A stretch of 64,000 bases of DNA from assembly GCF_006345805.1 (NCBI RefSeq), contig NC_043003.1, positions 3,410,001-3,474,000 on the forward strand. The letters are read 5' to 3'. Below are positions 38,097 to 50,099 of the stretch, piece after piece (positions within the stretch are counted from its first letter, which is position 1; every line of letters starts with the position of its first letter). The notes below the pieces were generated by a model. It was not told the origin of the DNA. It made no database searches and saw nothing but the letters and a program-made list of their open reading frames with translations. This DNA is from Octopus sinensis (lineage: Eukaryota). The position numbers and the translations under genes are program-made.

Positions 38097-38481
38097 GAAG
38101 AAAAAAAATGCTTTCTAATTGATGTATCAATACCAGCAGATGACAACGTGTCTTGAAAAGAAATGGAGAAACTTTCAAAATACAAAGACCTGGAAATAGA
38201 GGTAACCAGAATGTGGAATCTAAAAACAGAAACAATTCCTATCATAGTAGGTTCATTAGGCATGATAAAAAAATATTCAGACAAATACATAACAAAAACA
38301 CCAGGACTTACAAACACATATAACATACAGAAAATTGCACTACTAGGCACTGCACACATCCTACGCAGAACACTTTCAATACAATAACCATCAGAGCATC
38401 ACAACAAATCACAGCACATACCCAAGGCACACAGAGCTGCGCTCGGTAGTGAAGTGAAAGCACGCTATAAAAATAAAACTA

Positions 38482-38484
<3 letters not shown>
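38095..38484 (+). mobile_element. R4/Dong-clade non-LTR retrotransposon, short 3' fragment in (TAA)n
   Basis: Encodes the restriction-like endonuclease C-terminus (KCFLIDVSIP..EKLSKYKDL..ALLGTAHILRRTL) plus 3' UTR, flanked by (TAA)n on both sides. Confidence 0.85.
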
Positions 38485-38546
<62 letters not shown>

Positions 38547-38547
<1 letters not shown>

Positions 38548-40688
38548 CAATGTACAAAACATTTACTGCAGTAATATCACAAAGATTGAACAAGCACTTG
38601 GATGAAAACAACCTGTTTCCAGAAGAGCAGAAAGGATGCCACAAAGGCTCATATGGCTGTAAAGATCAACTAATGATCAATAAAGCCATAACTGAAGACA
38701 GCCACAGAAAGAAGAAAGGCCTCAGTATGGCCTGGATCGACTACAGAAAGGCGTTTGATAGCATCCCCCACACATGGATCCTCAAAACACTAGCCATTAA
38801 CAAAGTAGCACCAACAATCATAAAATTCATAGAGCACTCTATGAATAAATGGCAGACAGTGCTACAGCTCCAAACAAAAGAGGGACTCGTGAAAACTAAA
38901 GCCATCCCCATTAGAAGAGGAATATTCCAGGGAGACACGCTCTCTCCACTCCTTTTCTGCTTGGCACTGTCACCTCTATCCGATATGCTAAATAGAACTG
39001 GATGCGGATATAAATGTTACAGCAAAACGATCAGCCACCTTTTATATATGGATGACCTAAAACTATACGCTACAAATGACAAACAGCTGGAAACACTACT
39101 AAAGACAGTTCATAGATTTACCAAAGAAATAGATATGAAATTTGGATTAGAAAAATGCACTAAAGTAACCCAGAAAAGAGGAAAACTAGTTAAGAGTAGC
39201 AACGTCACACTAGATAAAGCCAATGAAATGAGAGAATTAGACCAAAGCCAAACTTACAAATATTTAAGAATCCATGAACTAGATAAGACACAACATACAC
39301 AAATGAAAGAGAAAATAAAGAAAGAATACTATAGACGAGTTAGATCAATACTAAAAACAGAGCTCAACGCTAAAAACAAGATAATAGGTATTAACACTTT
39401 AGCCATCCCAATTATAAGTTACAGCTACAATATCCTTAACTGGACGCTAAATGAACTAACCAAAATAGATAGGAAAACAAGAAAAATAATGACAGGATCT
39501 AGGATGCATCACCCAAAATCTGACATAAAAAGGTTATATATACAACGTATAGAAGGTGGTAGAGGCCTTATACAGCTGGAAAACTATTATAAAATAACCA
39601 CCATAGGACTGCAAAAATACCTACTTCAGAAGCAAGGAAAACTGATACAAATAGTGGCAAAACACAAGCAAAACAAAAAATTGTTCTCAGTATTTAAGGA
39701 AGCTGACAAATACAAACAAGAAATCATACCACCAAACAAATATGAAGAAGAAGAAGAAGATGAAGAAACAACAAAAGCTATAAAACAAATGAAATCCAAA
39801 CTAAAACTAGAACAGCAACGGACCATGATAAAACGATGGCAAGAAAAGCCCCTTCATGGCAAATACTAGACTAAACTAAATGCAAAAGAAATAGAAAAAG
39901 AAAAATCGCTGCAATGGTTGAGAAGCTCAGGACTCAAAGCAGAGACAGAGGGATTTTTAATTGCAGCACAAGACCAAAGCCTCCCCACCAGAAATTACCA
40001 AAAACATGCAATGAAAAGAAATATAACAAGTAACTGCAGAATGTGGAGATGGACAAGAAACAATAAATCATATTATCTCTGGCTGCCCAGTCCTGGCTAA
40101 GAAGGAATATATTCACAGACACGATAGACTTGAGACCTACATACATTGGAAGCTATGCCAACATTAGGGAATAACAACAGAAAAAAGATGGTATAGGCAC
40201 ACACCAGAAAAGGTCACAGAAAACGAGAAAGCAACCATACTCTGGGATATGCCGATACACACAGATAGAGAAATTAAGGCCAGATATAGTTGTTAGAGAT
40301 CATGAAGAAAAAAAATGCTTTCTAATTGATGTATCAATACCAGCAGATGACAACGTTTCTCTAAAAGAAATGGAGAAACTTTCAAAATACAAAGACCTGG
40401 AAACAGAGGTAACTCGAATGTGGAATCTAAAAACAGAAACAATTCCTATCATAGTAGGTTCATTAGGTATGGTAAAAAAATATTCAGACAAATACATAAC
40501 AAAAACACCAGGACTTATAAACACATATAACATACTGAAAATTGCACTATTGGGCACTGCACACATCCTACGCAGAACACTTTCCATACAATAACCATCA
40601 GAGCATCACAACAAATCACAACACATACCCAAGGCACACAGAGCTGCGCTCGGTAGTGAAGTGAAAGCATGCTATAAAAATAAAACTA

Positions 40689-40691
<3 letters not shown>
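38547..40691 (+). mobile_element. R4/Dong-clade retrotransposon, 5'-truncated and disabled (RT + CCHC + RLE endonuclease)
   Basis: 439-aa ORF with WIDYRKAFDS, GIFQGDTLSPLLF, HLLYMDDLKL; premature TAG at 39867-69; then QDQSLPTRNY, a frameshifted CCHC (..ETINHIISGCP..RHD) and an RLE lacking its PD segment; ends in (TAA)n. Confidence 0.9.
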
Positions 40692-40730
<39 letters not shown>

Positions 40731-40731
<1 letters not shown>

Positions 40732-41285
40732 GCCCTGATGCAGTACCAGGCAGTGGCTCTCATGGCTTCTGATCTTAACTGATTGGAAGTGTTATCATGT
40801 ACATTGTTTTGTCTTGGTATAAAAGATGGGCTACAGCAAATATTCTGCTCAATACCACAGATTTGCTTGTCAGTTGTTTGACCTTAACCAGTTGAGCATG
40901 TCCCTTCGTGGCTGACAATATGTGCATCTCTGATCACGAGCAGAAGTAGTGGGGGAGCATCATAGCCATGTGTTGAGAGGGATTCTTTGGGGTTTGAATA
41001 GTTTACCTCTGGAAACATGGGTGGTTCTTTCAACATCCTTAAACAACCCTTATTCAGGGACCGTTTGAGCGGGATGGGCTACTCAATCTGAAGAAAATTC
41101 TAACTGGGCCCCACCTGCAAGGTCATGTGCTGTTTATCTTGATATGAGATCACCATGTCGCGCACATATGGTTGTGATGCATGTGCCTGGTGTACCTTTA
41201 TCAGACGGGTAGTCATGATGGGTATATTGGGCTTCGTATATTTTACCCCAGTGTCACTTTGATGGCATGCACTGCTCTCTCACTC
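40731..41285. mobile_element. Unclassified ~555-bp non-coding element flanked by (TAA)n on both sides
   Basis: Complex sequence sharply bounded by TAA repeats; no convincing ORF and no Pol III A/B boxes seen. Confidence 0.55.
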
Positions 41286-41311
41286 AATAATAATAATAAT
41301 AATAATAATAA

Positions 41312-41551
41312 GTTAAGCAGTTGTGATCGATGAAAAAGGTAGTAGTAGTACCAATAATTGTCAGTGAGCAGTGAGCAAAAATCTCGAGAAATATGTGGAA
41401 GTAATAGGGGCTGCAATGAGGGTGGAGCACTTTCAGAAAACAGCACTGCTTGGGACAGCTTGAATACTCTGGAAGGTGCTCAAAAAATAAGAGGTGGTAG
41501 TGAACAGCTGACACCATAGTACATCTCCAACGTTAGAAGCTGTGCAAAGAC
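41312..41551 (+). mobile_element. 3' fragment of a second R4/Dong family in (TAA)n
   Basis: Translates to VVVPIIV..SKNLEKYVEVIGAAMRVEHFQKTALLGTA*ILWKVL, the RLE C-terminal motif, with a different 3' UTR from the first family. Confidence 0.7.
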
Positions 41552-41558
41552 AATAATG

Positions 41559-41621
<63 letters not shown>

Positions 41622-41624
<3 letters not shown>

Positions 41625-41775
41625 TCAAAAAATACCTTAGGAATGAGAACCCAGGTTTAAAATTTCCCCAAGACACCTGATGAATGCTGGAGGGTATATC
41701 AGCCGAAACGTTGTGTAAACAACAAACAGGATGAAGACAAATATCCGTCAAATGTAAATAATGTAAATAATGTAA
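41622..41775 (+). mobile_element. Penelope-like terminal-repeat fragment with a type I hammerhead
   Basis: Carries ACAC-CTGATGA-A-TGCTG..CAGCC-GAAAC-GTT-GTGT; directly follows (TAA)n. Confidence 0.6.
41673..41716 (+). ncRNA. Minimal type I hammerhead ribozyme motif
   Basis: Helix I ACAC/GUGU, core CUGAUGA, helix II GCUG/CAGC, GAAA, palindromic ACGU helix III, GUU cleavage triplet. Confidence 0.65.
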
Positions 41776-41794
41776 TTAAAGTAGGAAGGCTGTC

Positions 41795-43005
41795 AAACTA
41801 CAAACCCCTTCAGGTAGATGGCCCTGCTTGATCTGTGGAAAAGGCATGGGTAGAAACTCCATACGGTGTACTTGGAGTAAGTTATGGATACATAAAAGGT
41901 GCAGCAATTTCAAAGAAAGGTTAAGCCGGAAGATAGTTTTTGTGTGTGACAGATGCACTGAGGCAATAAACACTGAAGATGTACAGAAAACAGATTCCAA
42001 CACATTCCAGGGGAAGAAACTAGAAGTAGTTAATAGCTTCCACAACCAAGGTGACCAAGTCTGGAGTGGGGGTGGTTGTTCTGAGAGTGTAGCAGCTAGA
42101 ATAAGAATGGGCTGGGCAAAGTTCAGGGAGCTCCTACCTCTGCTGGCAACTATAGGGCTTCTCACTCAGGGTGAAAGGTAGACTGTATGATGCATGTGGG
42201 CAAACTGTCATACTACAAGGCAGTGAAGCATGGGCCATGACTGCTGAGGACATGCGTAGGCTTGAAAGAAATGAAGCTAGTATGATCTGCTGGATGTGTA
42301 ATGTCAGTGTGCATACACAACAGAGTGTAAGTGCCCTGAGAGAGAAGTTGGGTGGAAGAAGCATAAAACATGGTGTGCAAGAGAGACGACTGTGTTGGTA
42401 TGGTCATGCGTTATGTATGCACAAGGACAGCAATGTGAGGAAGTGCCACTCCCTAACTGTGGAAGAGGTAGACCCAGGAAGACATGGGATGAGGTGGTGA
42501 AGCATAACCTTTGAACATTGAGCCTCACAAACACAATGACAGGAGACCAAGACCTTTGGAGATCTGCTGTGATTGAGAAGACCTGGCAAGCAAAGTGAGA
42601 TTGCAGCCATGGCCGATGCCAGTGCTGCATGTCCAGCCCATTTAAGAGTAACCCTTTATGCATCGGGTGATATGATATGCTTGAGAAGACCTGCTGAGTC
42701 AAGTAAAACCAAAACTGCAGCTGTGGCTAGTGACCCCTGATTGGCCCCTGTTCCAGTGGCATGTAAATGCGTCATTGGAATGTGGTTGATGTCAGCGTCC
42801 CCTGACTGGCTCCTATGACAGTGGCACGTAAAAAGCACCTACTACGCTCTCGGAGTGGCTGGCATTAGGAAAGGCATCCAGCTGTAGAAATATTACCAGA
42901 TCAGATTAGAGCATGGTGCAGCCTTCTGGCTTGCCAGACCTCAGTCAAACCGTCCAACCCATGCCAGCATGGAAAATTAATGTTAAACGATGATAATGAT
43001 GATAA
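41795..43005 (+). pseudogene. Degenerate RTE 3' fragment with decayed PHD region, 3' UTR and tail
   Basis: ORFs ICGKGMGRNSIRC..IHKRCS and RLYDAC..GSEAWAMTAEDMRRLERNEASM align by eye to the 24.3-kb RTE protein. Confidence 0.85.
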
Positions 43006-43187
43006 TGATGTTCCTTCTGCTAAATATTGATAAAAATACATATATTTATATTTTAAGTCTTCCTGGGACTATATATCTATCTATCACGTCCTCGCATTGT
43101 TGTATTTTCTCTTTGTGTTTTCATGTTTGGATTAACTTTATATATATATATATATATATATATACAGACACACATATATATATATTT

Positions 43188-43221
<34 letters not shown>

Positions 43222-43622
43222 GTATGTATCATCATCATCATCATCATCATGTAGCGTCCGTTTTCCATGCTAGCATGGGTTGGACAGTTCAACTGGGGTC
43301 TGGGAAGGCAGAAGGCTGCACCAGGCCTAGTCTGATCTGGCAAGGTTTCTACAGCTGGATGCCCTTCCTAACGCCAACCACTCCATGAGTGCAGTGGGTG
43401 CTTTTTACGTGCCACCGACACAGGTGCCAGACGAGTTTGGCAAACGGCCACGATCGGATGGTGCTTTTTACGTGCCACCGGCACAGGGGCCGGGCGAGGC
43501 TGGCAACGGCCACGAACGGATGGTGCTTTTTACGTGCCACCGGCACGAGGCCATTCGGGGCGGCGCTGGCAATGGCCACGTTCGGATGGTTCTCTTACAT
43601 GCCACCGGCACTAGTATCACAG

Positions 43623-43651
<29 letters not shown>

Positions 43652-43657
<6 letters not shown>

Positions 43658-43812
43658 TAATCCAAACATGAAAACACAAAGAGTAAACACAACAACGCGA
43701 GGATGTGGAACAAGTATAGTGTTATTGGACGCTCAACGTTTCGAGCGGAGCTCTTCGTCAGAAACATAGAAAAGGGAAAGATCCAAGGAAGGGAAGACGG
43801 AGGAAAAAAAAT
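43652..43812 (-). mobile_element. Penelope-like terminal repeat with hammerhead core (43735-43765)
   Basis: Minus strand GTTT-CTGACGA-A-GAGC TCC GCTC-GAAAC-GTT; ends in (TA)n; homologous to 3835-4035 (+) and 43085-43140 (+). Confidence 0.65.
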
Positions 43813-43817
43813 AGTCT

Positions 43818-44042
43818 TTGAAAGAAAGCGCCACAGATTCCAACATAAAGTGGAAGATCCTGGAGAAATGTAAACCATACTTTAATGGCAGCAGTAAGTG
43901 CAGACTGTGCCTGGCTGAGAAGAGAGCAATTTTAAAGGATCCCCAACGCCTGGATATTGACATGAATGGCAGGAGTGAAGTGTTTAATCCTTGCCCACAT
44001 GAAAGGAAGTATATCCTATCATACCTGCGTGCTTCATCATGA
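43818..44042 (+). pseudogene. C-terminal fragment of a Penelope-like GIY-YIG endonuclease
   Basis: [48 protein letters not shown] matches the W.IL..C.PY...C.LCL.EK..I....N.RSE....C.H..K pattern at the end of PLE GIY-YIG domains. Confidence 0.75.
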
Positions 44043-44166
44043 CTACAATCACCAGTCCCCCAGCCTTGGCTCCCTTCTTGTACCCTGGAGTTCGGCAAAT
44101 ATAATACTGCACATTTTGTATAACACAACACACTTATATATAAATATATATATATGTAACATATGG

Positions 44167-44254
<88 letters not shown>

Positions 44255-44323
44255 GAATATATACAACATACATATATATATGTATATACATATATATAAA
44301 CACACACACATATATAAATATAT

Positions 44324-44359
<36 letters not shown>

Positions 44360-44459
44360 ATTATATATATATATATAACATATGGTATATATATATATAT
44401 CTAAATACATATACATATATATATATATATGTATACACACACACACAAGCGTATATATA

Positions 44460-44500
<41 letters not shown>

Positions 44501-44820
44501 TATATATGTATATACATATACATATATCATACACAGAGGTGTGTGTGTATGTCTCCCACAACTGCTTTACAACTGAGGTTGTTTTGTTATGTTCCATTAC
44601 TCAGCGATTTGGTAAAAAGAGAATGATAAAATAAGTTCTAGGCTTAAGAAAAATTGCAAATTGTAAGTTCTTCAGGTGGTGCCCCAGCATGCCATAGTCT
44701 AATAACCGAAACAAGTAAAGAAAAATAAGATATAAGAGATATAAAAAAAAACTGCACTCAGTACACTGTGTAGTGTTTTTAGATATATATACATATATAT
44801 AATATATATATATTATATAT

Positions 44821-44864
<44 letters not shown>

Positions 44865-44936
44865 GGTCCCGGGTTGATTCGGGGTTAACCACAGTAAATA
44901 AGGTACTCAATACATAGTAGAATAAAATTAATTTAT

Positions 44937-45050
44937 TATATAGAAGGAGCTTCTACAGGACTAGAACTGTTTCATTCAAGAGAAATCTTCAGGAAGCGAA
45001 GATTTCTCTTGAATGAAACAGTTCTAGTCCTGTAGAAGCTCCTCTATATA
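44937..45050. repeat. Inverted repeat, ~53-bp arms, 7-nt loop
   Basis: aggagcttctacaggactagaactgtttcattcaagagaaatcttc-aggaagc-reverse complement. Confidence 0.92.
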
Positions 45051-45063
45051 AAAATCTATATAT

Positions 45064-45157
<94 letters not shown>

Positions 45158-45244
45158 CATATATATATATACATATTATATATATATAGATAAATAGATA
45201 GATATAGATATGTATATACATGCATATATATATATATGTATATA

Positions 45245-45285
<41 letters not shown>

Positions 45286-45392
45286 TATACATATATATGT
45301 ATATACCTATATATATCTATATTATGTATATATATATATGTGTGTGTATATGTATATGTATATATATATATACATATGTATATACATATCTA

Positions 45393-45434
<42 letters not shown>

Positions 45435-45958
45435 CATACACACACATGTGTGTCTGTGGGGGAGGTGTATACATCTGTTTTATGTGCGTGTATGCATGTC
45501 AATATACACAGCTAAATCGCTATTGTATTCTTGTGTTTGTTTATTTGCGATAAACTCTTTTGTGAAATCGAATAACGAGAGAAAAAGAGTTGAGTGGAAG
45601 ATTGTTTTGTCCTGTTACCGAATGAATTGGTGGGTCGAGTCAATATCTAGGATGACCAACTATACTGAGCATGGGAGAGAGAGAATGAGAGAGAGAGAGG
45701 AAGCTTTATGGTGTTTATTGATCCACCGTTGGAGCAGTAAACTACAGTGATTTTAGAGATACACTTTCAATATATTTATCCGACGACTGTACTACACTGA
45801 TGAAGTATCATCATCTACTGCTGGACTACACGACTCTTGTTAACACGGCACCTCTCTTGCTGCTGCTTGCCAATAAGTAGCAATTAAGTATGTACTTATA
45901 GGCACTATATATATATATATGTGTATGTATATATATACATACATATATATATATTATG

Positions 45959-46003
<45 letters not shown>

Positions 46004-46082
46004 TTCTATATATTTCTATATATGTATGTATGTGTGTATATTATATATATAATATATATATATAGTATGTATGTATGTATGT

Positions 46083-46125
<43 letters not shown>

Positions 46126-46557
46126 GTATGTGTGTGTGTGTGTGTGTGTGTGCATATGGGTATATATACATATATGTGTATTACATATTCATATTACACA
46201 AACACATATGTATGTACATCATCATCATCATCATCATCATCATTAAACGTCCGCTTTCCATGCTAGCATGGGTTGGACGGTTCAACTGGGGTCTGGGGAG
46301 CCCGAAGGCTGCACCAGGCCAGTCAGATGTGGCAGTGTTTCTACAGCTGGATGCCCTTCCTAACGCCAACCACTCCGAGAGTGTAGTGGGTGATTTTATG
46401 TGCCACCGACACAGGTGCCAGACGAGGCTGGCAGACGGCCACGCTCGGATGGTGTTTTTATGTGCCACCGACACAGGTGCCAGACGAGGCTGGATGAGAT
46501 ATATATATATATATATATATATTATTTTATTTAATTTTATTTTATCGCAATTTGACT

Positions 46558-46609
<52 letters not shown>

Positions 46610-46706
46610 ATGTATATATATATATGTATATATATATATATGTCTATATGTATATATATATGTATATATATATATGTGTGTATATATATACACACACACA
46701 TATATA

Positions 46707-46936
46707 GGCGGCGAGCTGGCAGAAACGTTAGCGCGCCGGGCAAAATGCTTAGCGGTATTTCGTCTGTTGTTACTTTCTGAGTTCAAATTCTGCCGAGGTA
46801 GACTTTGCATTTCATCCTTTCAGGGTCGATAAATAAAGTACCAGTTTCACACTGGGGTCGATGTAATCGACTTAATTCCTTTGTCTGTTCTTGTTTGTCC
46901 CCTCTATGCTTAGCCCCTTGTGGGTAGTAAAGAAAT
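46707..46936 (+). mobile_element. tRNA-derived SINE family C
   Basis: ggcggcgagctggcagaaacg..gagttcaaattc (B box)..tttcatcctttcagggtcgataaataaagtaccag. Other copies at 22011-22228 (+), 48110-48265 (-), 52040-52200 (+), 60820-60975 (-), 61020-61140 (+). Confidence 0.85.
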
Positions 46937-46939
46937 ATA

Positions 46940-46975
<36 letters not shown>

Positions 46976-47011
46976 TATGTACATGTATATATATGCATAT
47001 ATGTATATATA

Positions 47012-47056
<45 letters not shown>

Positions 47057-47176
47057 TCACATATATGCCATTATACACGCACACACACACACACGCAAAT
47101 ATATATATGTATATATGTATATATATACATACATACATATATATATAATACATATATATACACATACAGATATATA

Positions 47177-47231
<55 letters not shown>

Positions 47232-47334
47232 ATATATATATATCTATATATGTAAATATATGTATATATATATAATATATACACACACACACACCATATA
47301 TATGCATATGTATATATATTTGTGTAGATAGATA

Positions 47335-48075
47335 TTGGGTGCAGTGAATATATTGTCATTTAAATTATGCAAAAATGAAAATAACACTGTCATCTCATTT
47401 TAACAGAGATATTTATCGAAATTACATAAAAATATCTCAAAGTACAAAAGAATAAATTTATTCAATAAAATCGCCATTGGCTTCAAACATGGCCCCCAGA
47501 TGACTTTGGAATCTCCCGGAACACTTCTGGATGGTTTCCTTGTTTAAGTTGGTAAATGCTGCCATAATCCTTGCTTTCTGTTCATCTTTTGTGTTACAAG
47601 GAGTTTTGATGGTCCCTCATTCAACTGCCCCAACACATAATAATCAAGGGGATTGTGGTCTGGGGAGTTAGGTGGCCAGATTTTAGGGGTGGTGAGGTCA
47701 GAGAAGTTGTCTGACAACCATGACTGTGTTCTCTTGCTTGTGTGGCATGGTGTAGAGTCCTGTTGTCAGAGATAGGGTCTTCCAGCAGCCACCCTTTTGG
47801 CTCAAGGTAGCACTGCCTCCTCCAGGCACTTGATGTAGGCCTCCATGTTGAGTGTGAGGCCATGTGGGAAGATGAATGGAGACATAACATTGTCATGACT
47901 AGTGATCACTTCAAACATCATCATGTTGATTGGATGTTTGATATTTATCTCTCTCGGGGACACGGCAAGCCAATGGTTGTTCTGTGTGTTCACCATCTGC
48001 TCATAAAGGAGCTTCCAGTACGAATGCCAAGCAGTACATTTTGTTTCCAAAGTTCTTTTCTACTCCAGGCACAAG
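47335..48075 (-). mobile_element. Second DD37D/maT fossil (3' part with TIR)
   Basis: KHPINMMMFEVITS..PFIFPHGLTLNMEAYIKCLEE; reverse complement of the 54.7-55.3 kb copy. Confidence 0.85.
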
Positions 48076-48452
48076 GCCCAAACTTTTTTTGTGGGGAGGG
48101 GCAGTTGATTAGATCAACCCAGTATGCAACTGGTACTTAATTTATTGATCCAGAAAGGATGAAAAGCAAGTCAACCTTGGTGGAATTTGAACTCAGTTAT
48201 GTAAAGACAGACGAAATACCGCTAAGCATTTTGCCTGGTATGCTAACACATCTTTCAGCTCAATGCCTTGTTGTTTCCAAATTTCTGGCAGAGTCTCATG
48301 GTGCTGTTTTTCCTACAGATGGTGCCCTACTGACCCTACTATACTATATAGTCAACAAAATCAAAAACAAACAATGAACATTTGCGAAATTAAAAATATA
48401 AAATGACAACAATTTACCCATCACAGCCTGTATATATATTTGACATGTATGT

Positions 48453-48945
48453 GAAGGCACATGGCTCAGTGGTTAGAGTGTCGAGCTTATCATCATGAGG
48501 TTATGAGTTCGATTCCCGGACCGGGCTGCATGTTGTGGTCTTGAGCAAGACTCTTTATTTCATGTTGCTCCAGTTCACTCAGCTGTAAAAATGAGTCATG
48601 GCATCACTGGTGCCAAGCTATATTGGCCTTTTCCTTTCTCTTGGATAACATCGGCGGCGTGAACAGGGGAGGCCGGTATGCATGGGCAACCGCTGGCCTT
48701 CCACAAACAACCTTGCTTGGACTTGTGCCTCAGAGGGGAGATTTCTAGGTGCAATCCCATGGTCATTCATGACCGAAGGGGGTCTTTGCCCTTTACCCTA
48801 TGTACATATAATGGCATGGAGAGGGGAGGTTGGTGTGCATGGGTTACTGCTGCTCTTCCATAAACAACCTTGCTTGGACTTGTGCCTCAGAGGGGAGATT
48901 TCTAGGTGCAACCCCATGGTCATTCATGACCGAAGGGGGTCTCCT
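48453..48945 (+). mobile_element. tRNA-derived SINE family E with tandemly duplicated 3' part
   Basis: A box TGGCTCAGTGG, B box GAGTTCGATTCCC; ~130-bp 3' segment repeated at ~48813-48942; reverse copy at 10483-10806. Confidence 0.85.
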
Positions 48946-48958
48946 CCTGTCATGTATA

Positions 48959-49028
<70 letters not shown>

Positions 49029-49478
49029 AATAAGCATACAGACAGAGTAACACGGACACAAACATATAGACAGACACACAGACAGATAATTCCTGGTGTT
49101 ACTTATTCATAGGAATAAAGTGAAGCTGCCGGAATAAAGAACTGAGTGTGTTTGCTGTTGGTGTTAATGTATTTTTATTAAAAACAATGAAAGGAGCAAA
49201 ATACTTCTTGTTAGACTTGTTGCGTTCAATAAGACACATCCACTCATAGAAGTACACGGATTCATTTGTACGTACACGTGTGCACGCTTCCACGTTGGGT
49301 TTTTATATCTGTGTAGGCTGTGATATTCAATTAATCAATCAATATGTGTGTGTGTGTGTGTGTGTATGTGCATGTATCTGTATGCATATGTAAGAGAGTG
49401 AGTGTATTTATATGCGTGAGTGTATGTACACACACACACATACACATAGATATAAATATATTACTACTATCGTTATTG

Positions 49479-49537
<59 letters not shown>

Positions 49538-50099
49538 CAGATTAAAATCATTGCCATTACTTCAAAGGTTGAAAATCAATTTTGTCTCCTCTTTCCTCTA
49601 ATATCATCTGTGATGCCTTCCTCTTTCTTTCAATGTTGGCCATGTCTACCTTGTACTTACCAATTTCAATTGAGAAACCTTTTCACACTAATGAAAGATA
49701 TCAATTGAAAGGATTTTTTTTTCTGTAATAAAAAAACATCATTGAATCACTCAGGTTTGTCTGCTAAAGCTGTCATTCCATCTGTTTACAATCACACATC
49801 TGGAGAATGTTGAACCATATTGTTTATGCGAAAAAAACAAACAATACACAACACCTTGATAATAATTGCCAAGTGAGATGGGAAAATAATTTCCAGGGAA
49901 TTCTAACAGTTCATTTGTTTAGAGCTTGAATAATGCTGCCAGAATATTGCCCATGCTTTGTGTGGAAACATTTGTTGTAACGTTCTCAATGCCAAGCATT
50001 CTACAGAGTGAACCCGGTGCTTTTTTCATGGCACCAACACCAGTGGGGTCACCAAGTAACTCACAGGACGAGAACCCTTGATTGAGTGGTTTATAGCAT

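Larger units (their letters stand above)
44125..47320. repeat. Extended (TA)n-rich low-complexity field hosting small insertions
   Basis: Directly visible; a similar field lies at ~34310-35130. Confidence 0.9.

Noticed and set aside
45795-45830. CTGATGA as a hammerhead core
   Set aside because: No downstream GAAA and no helix I or III.
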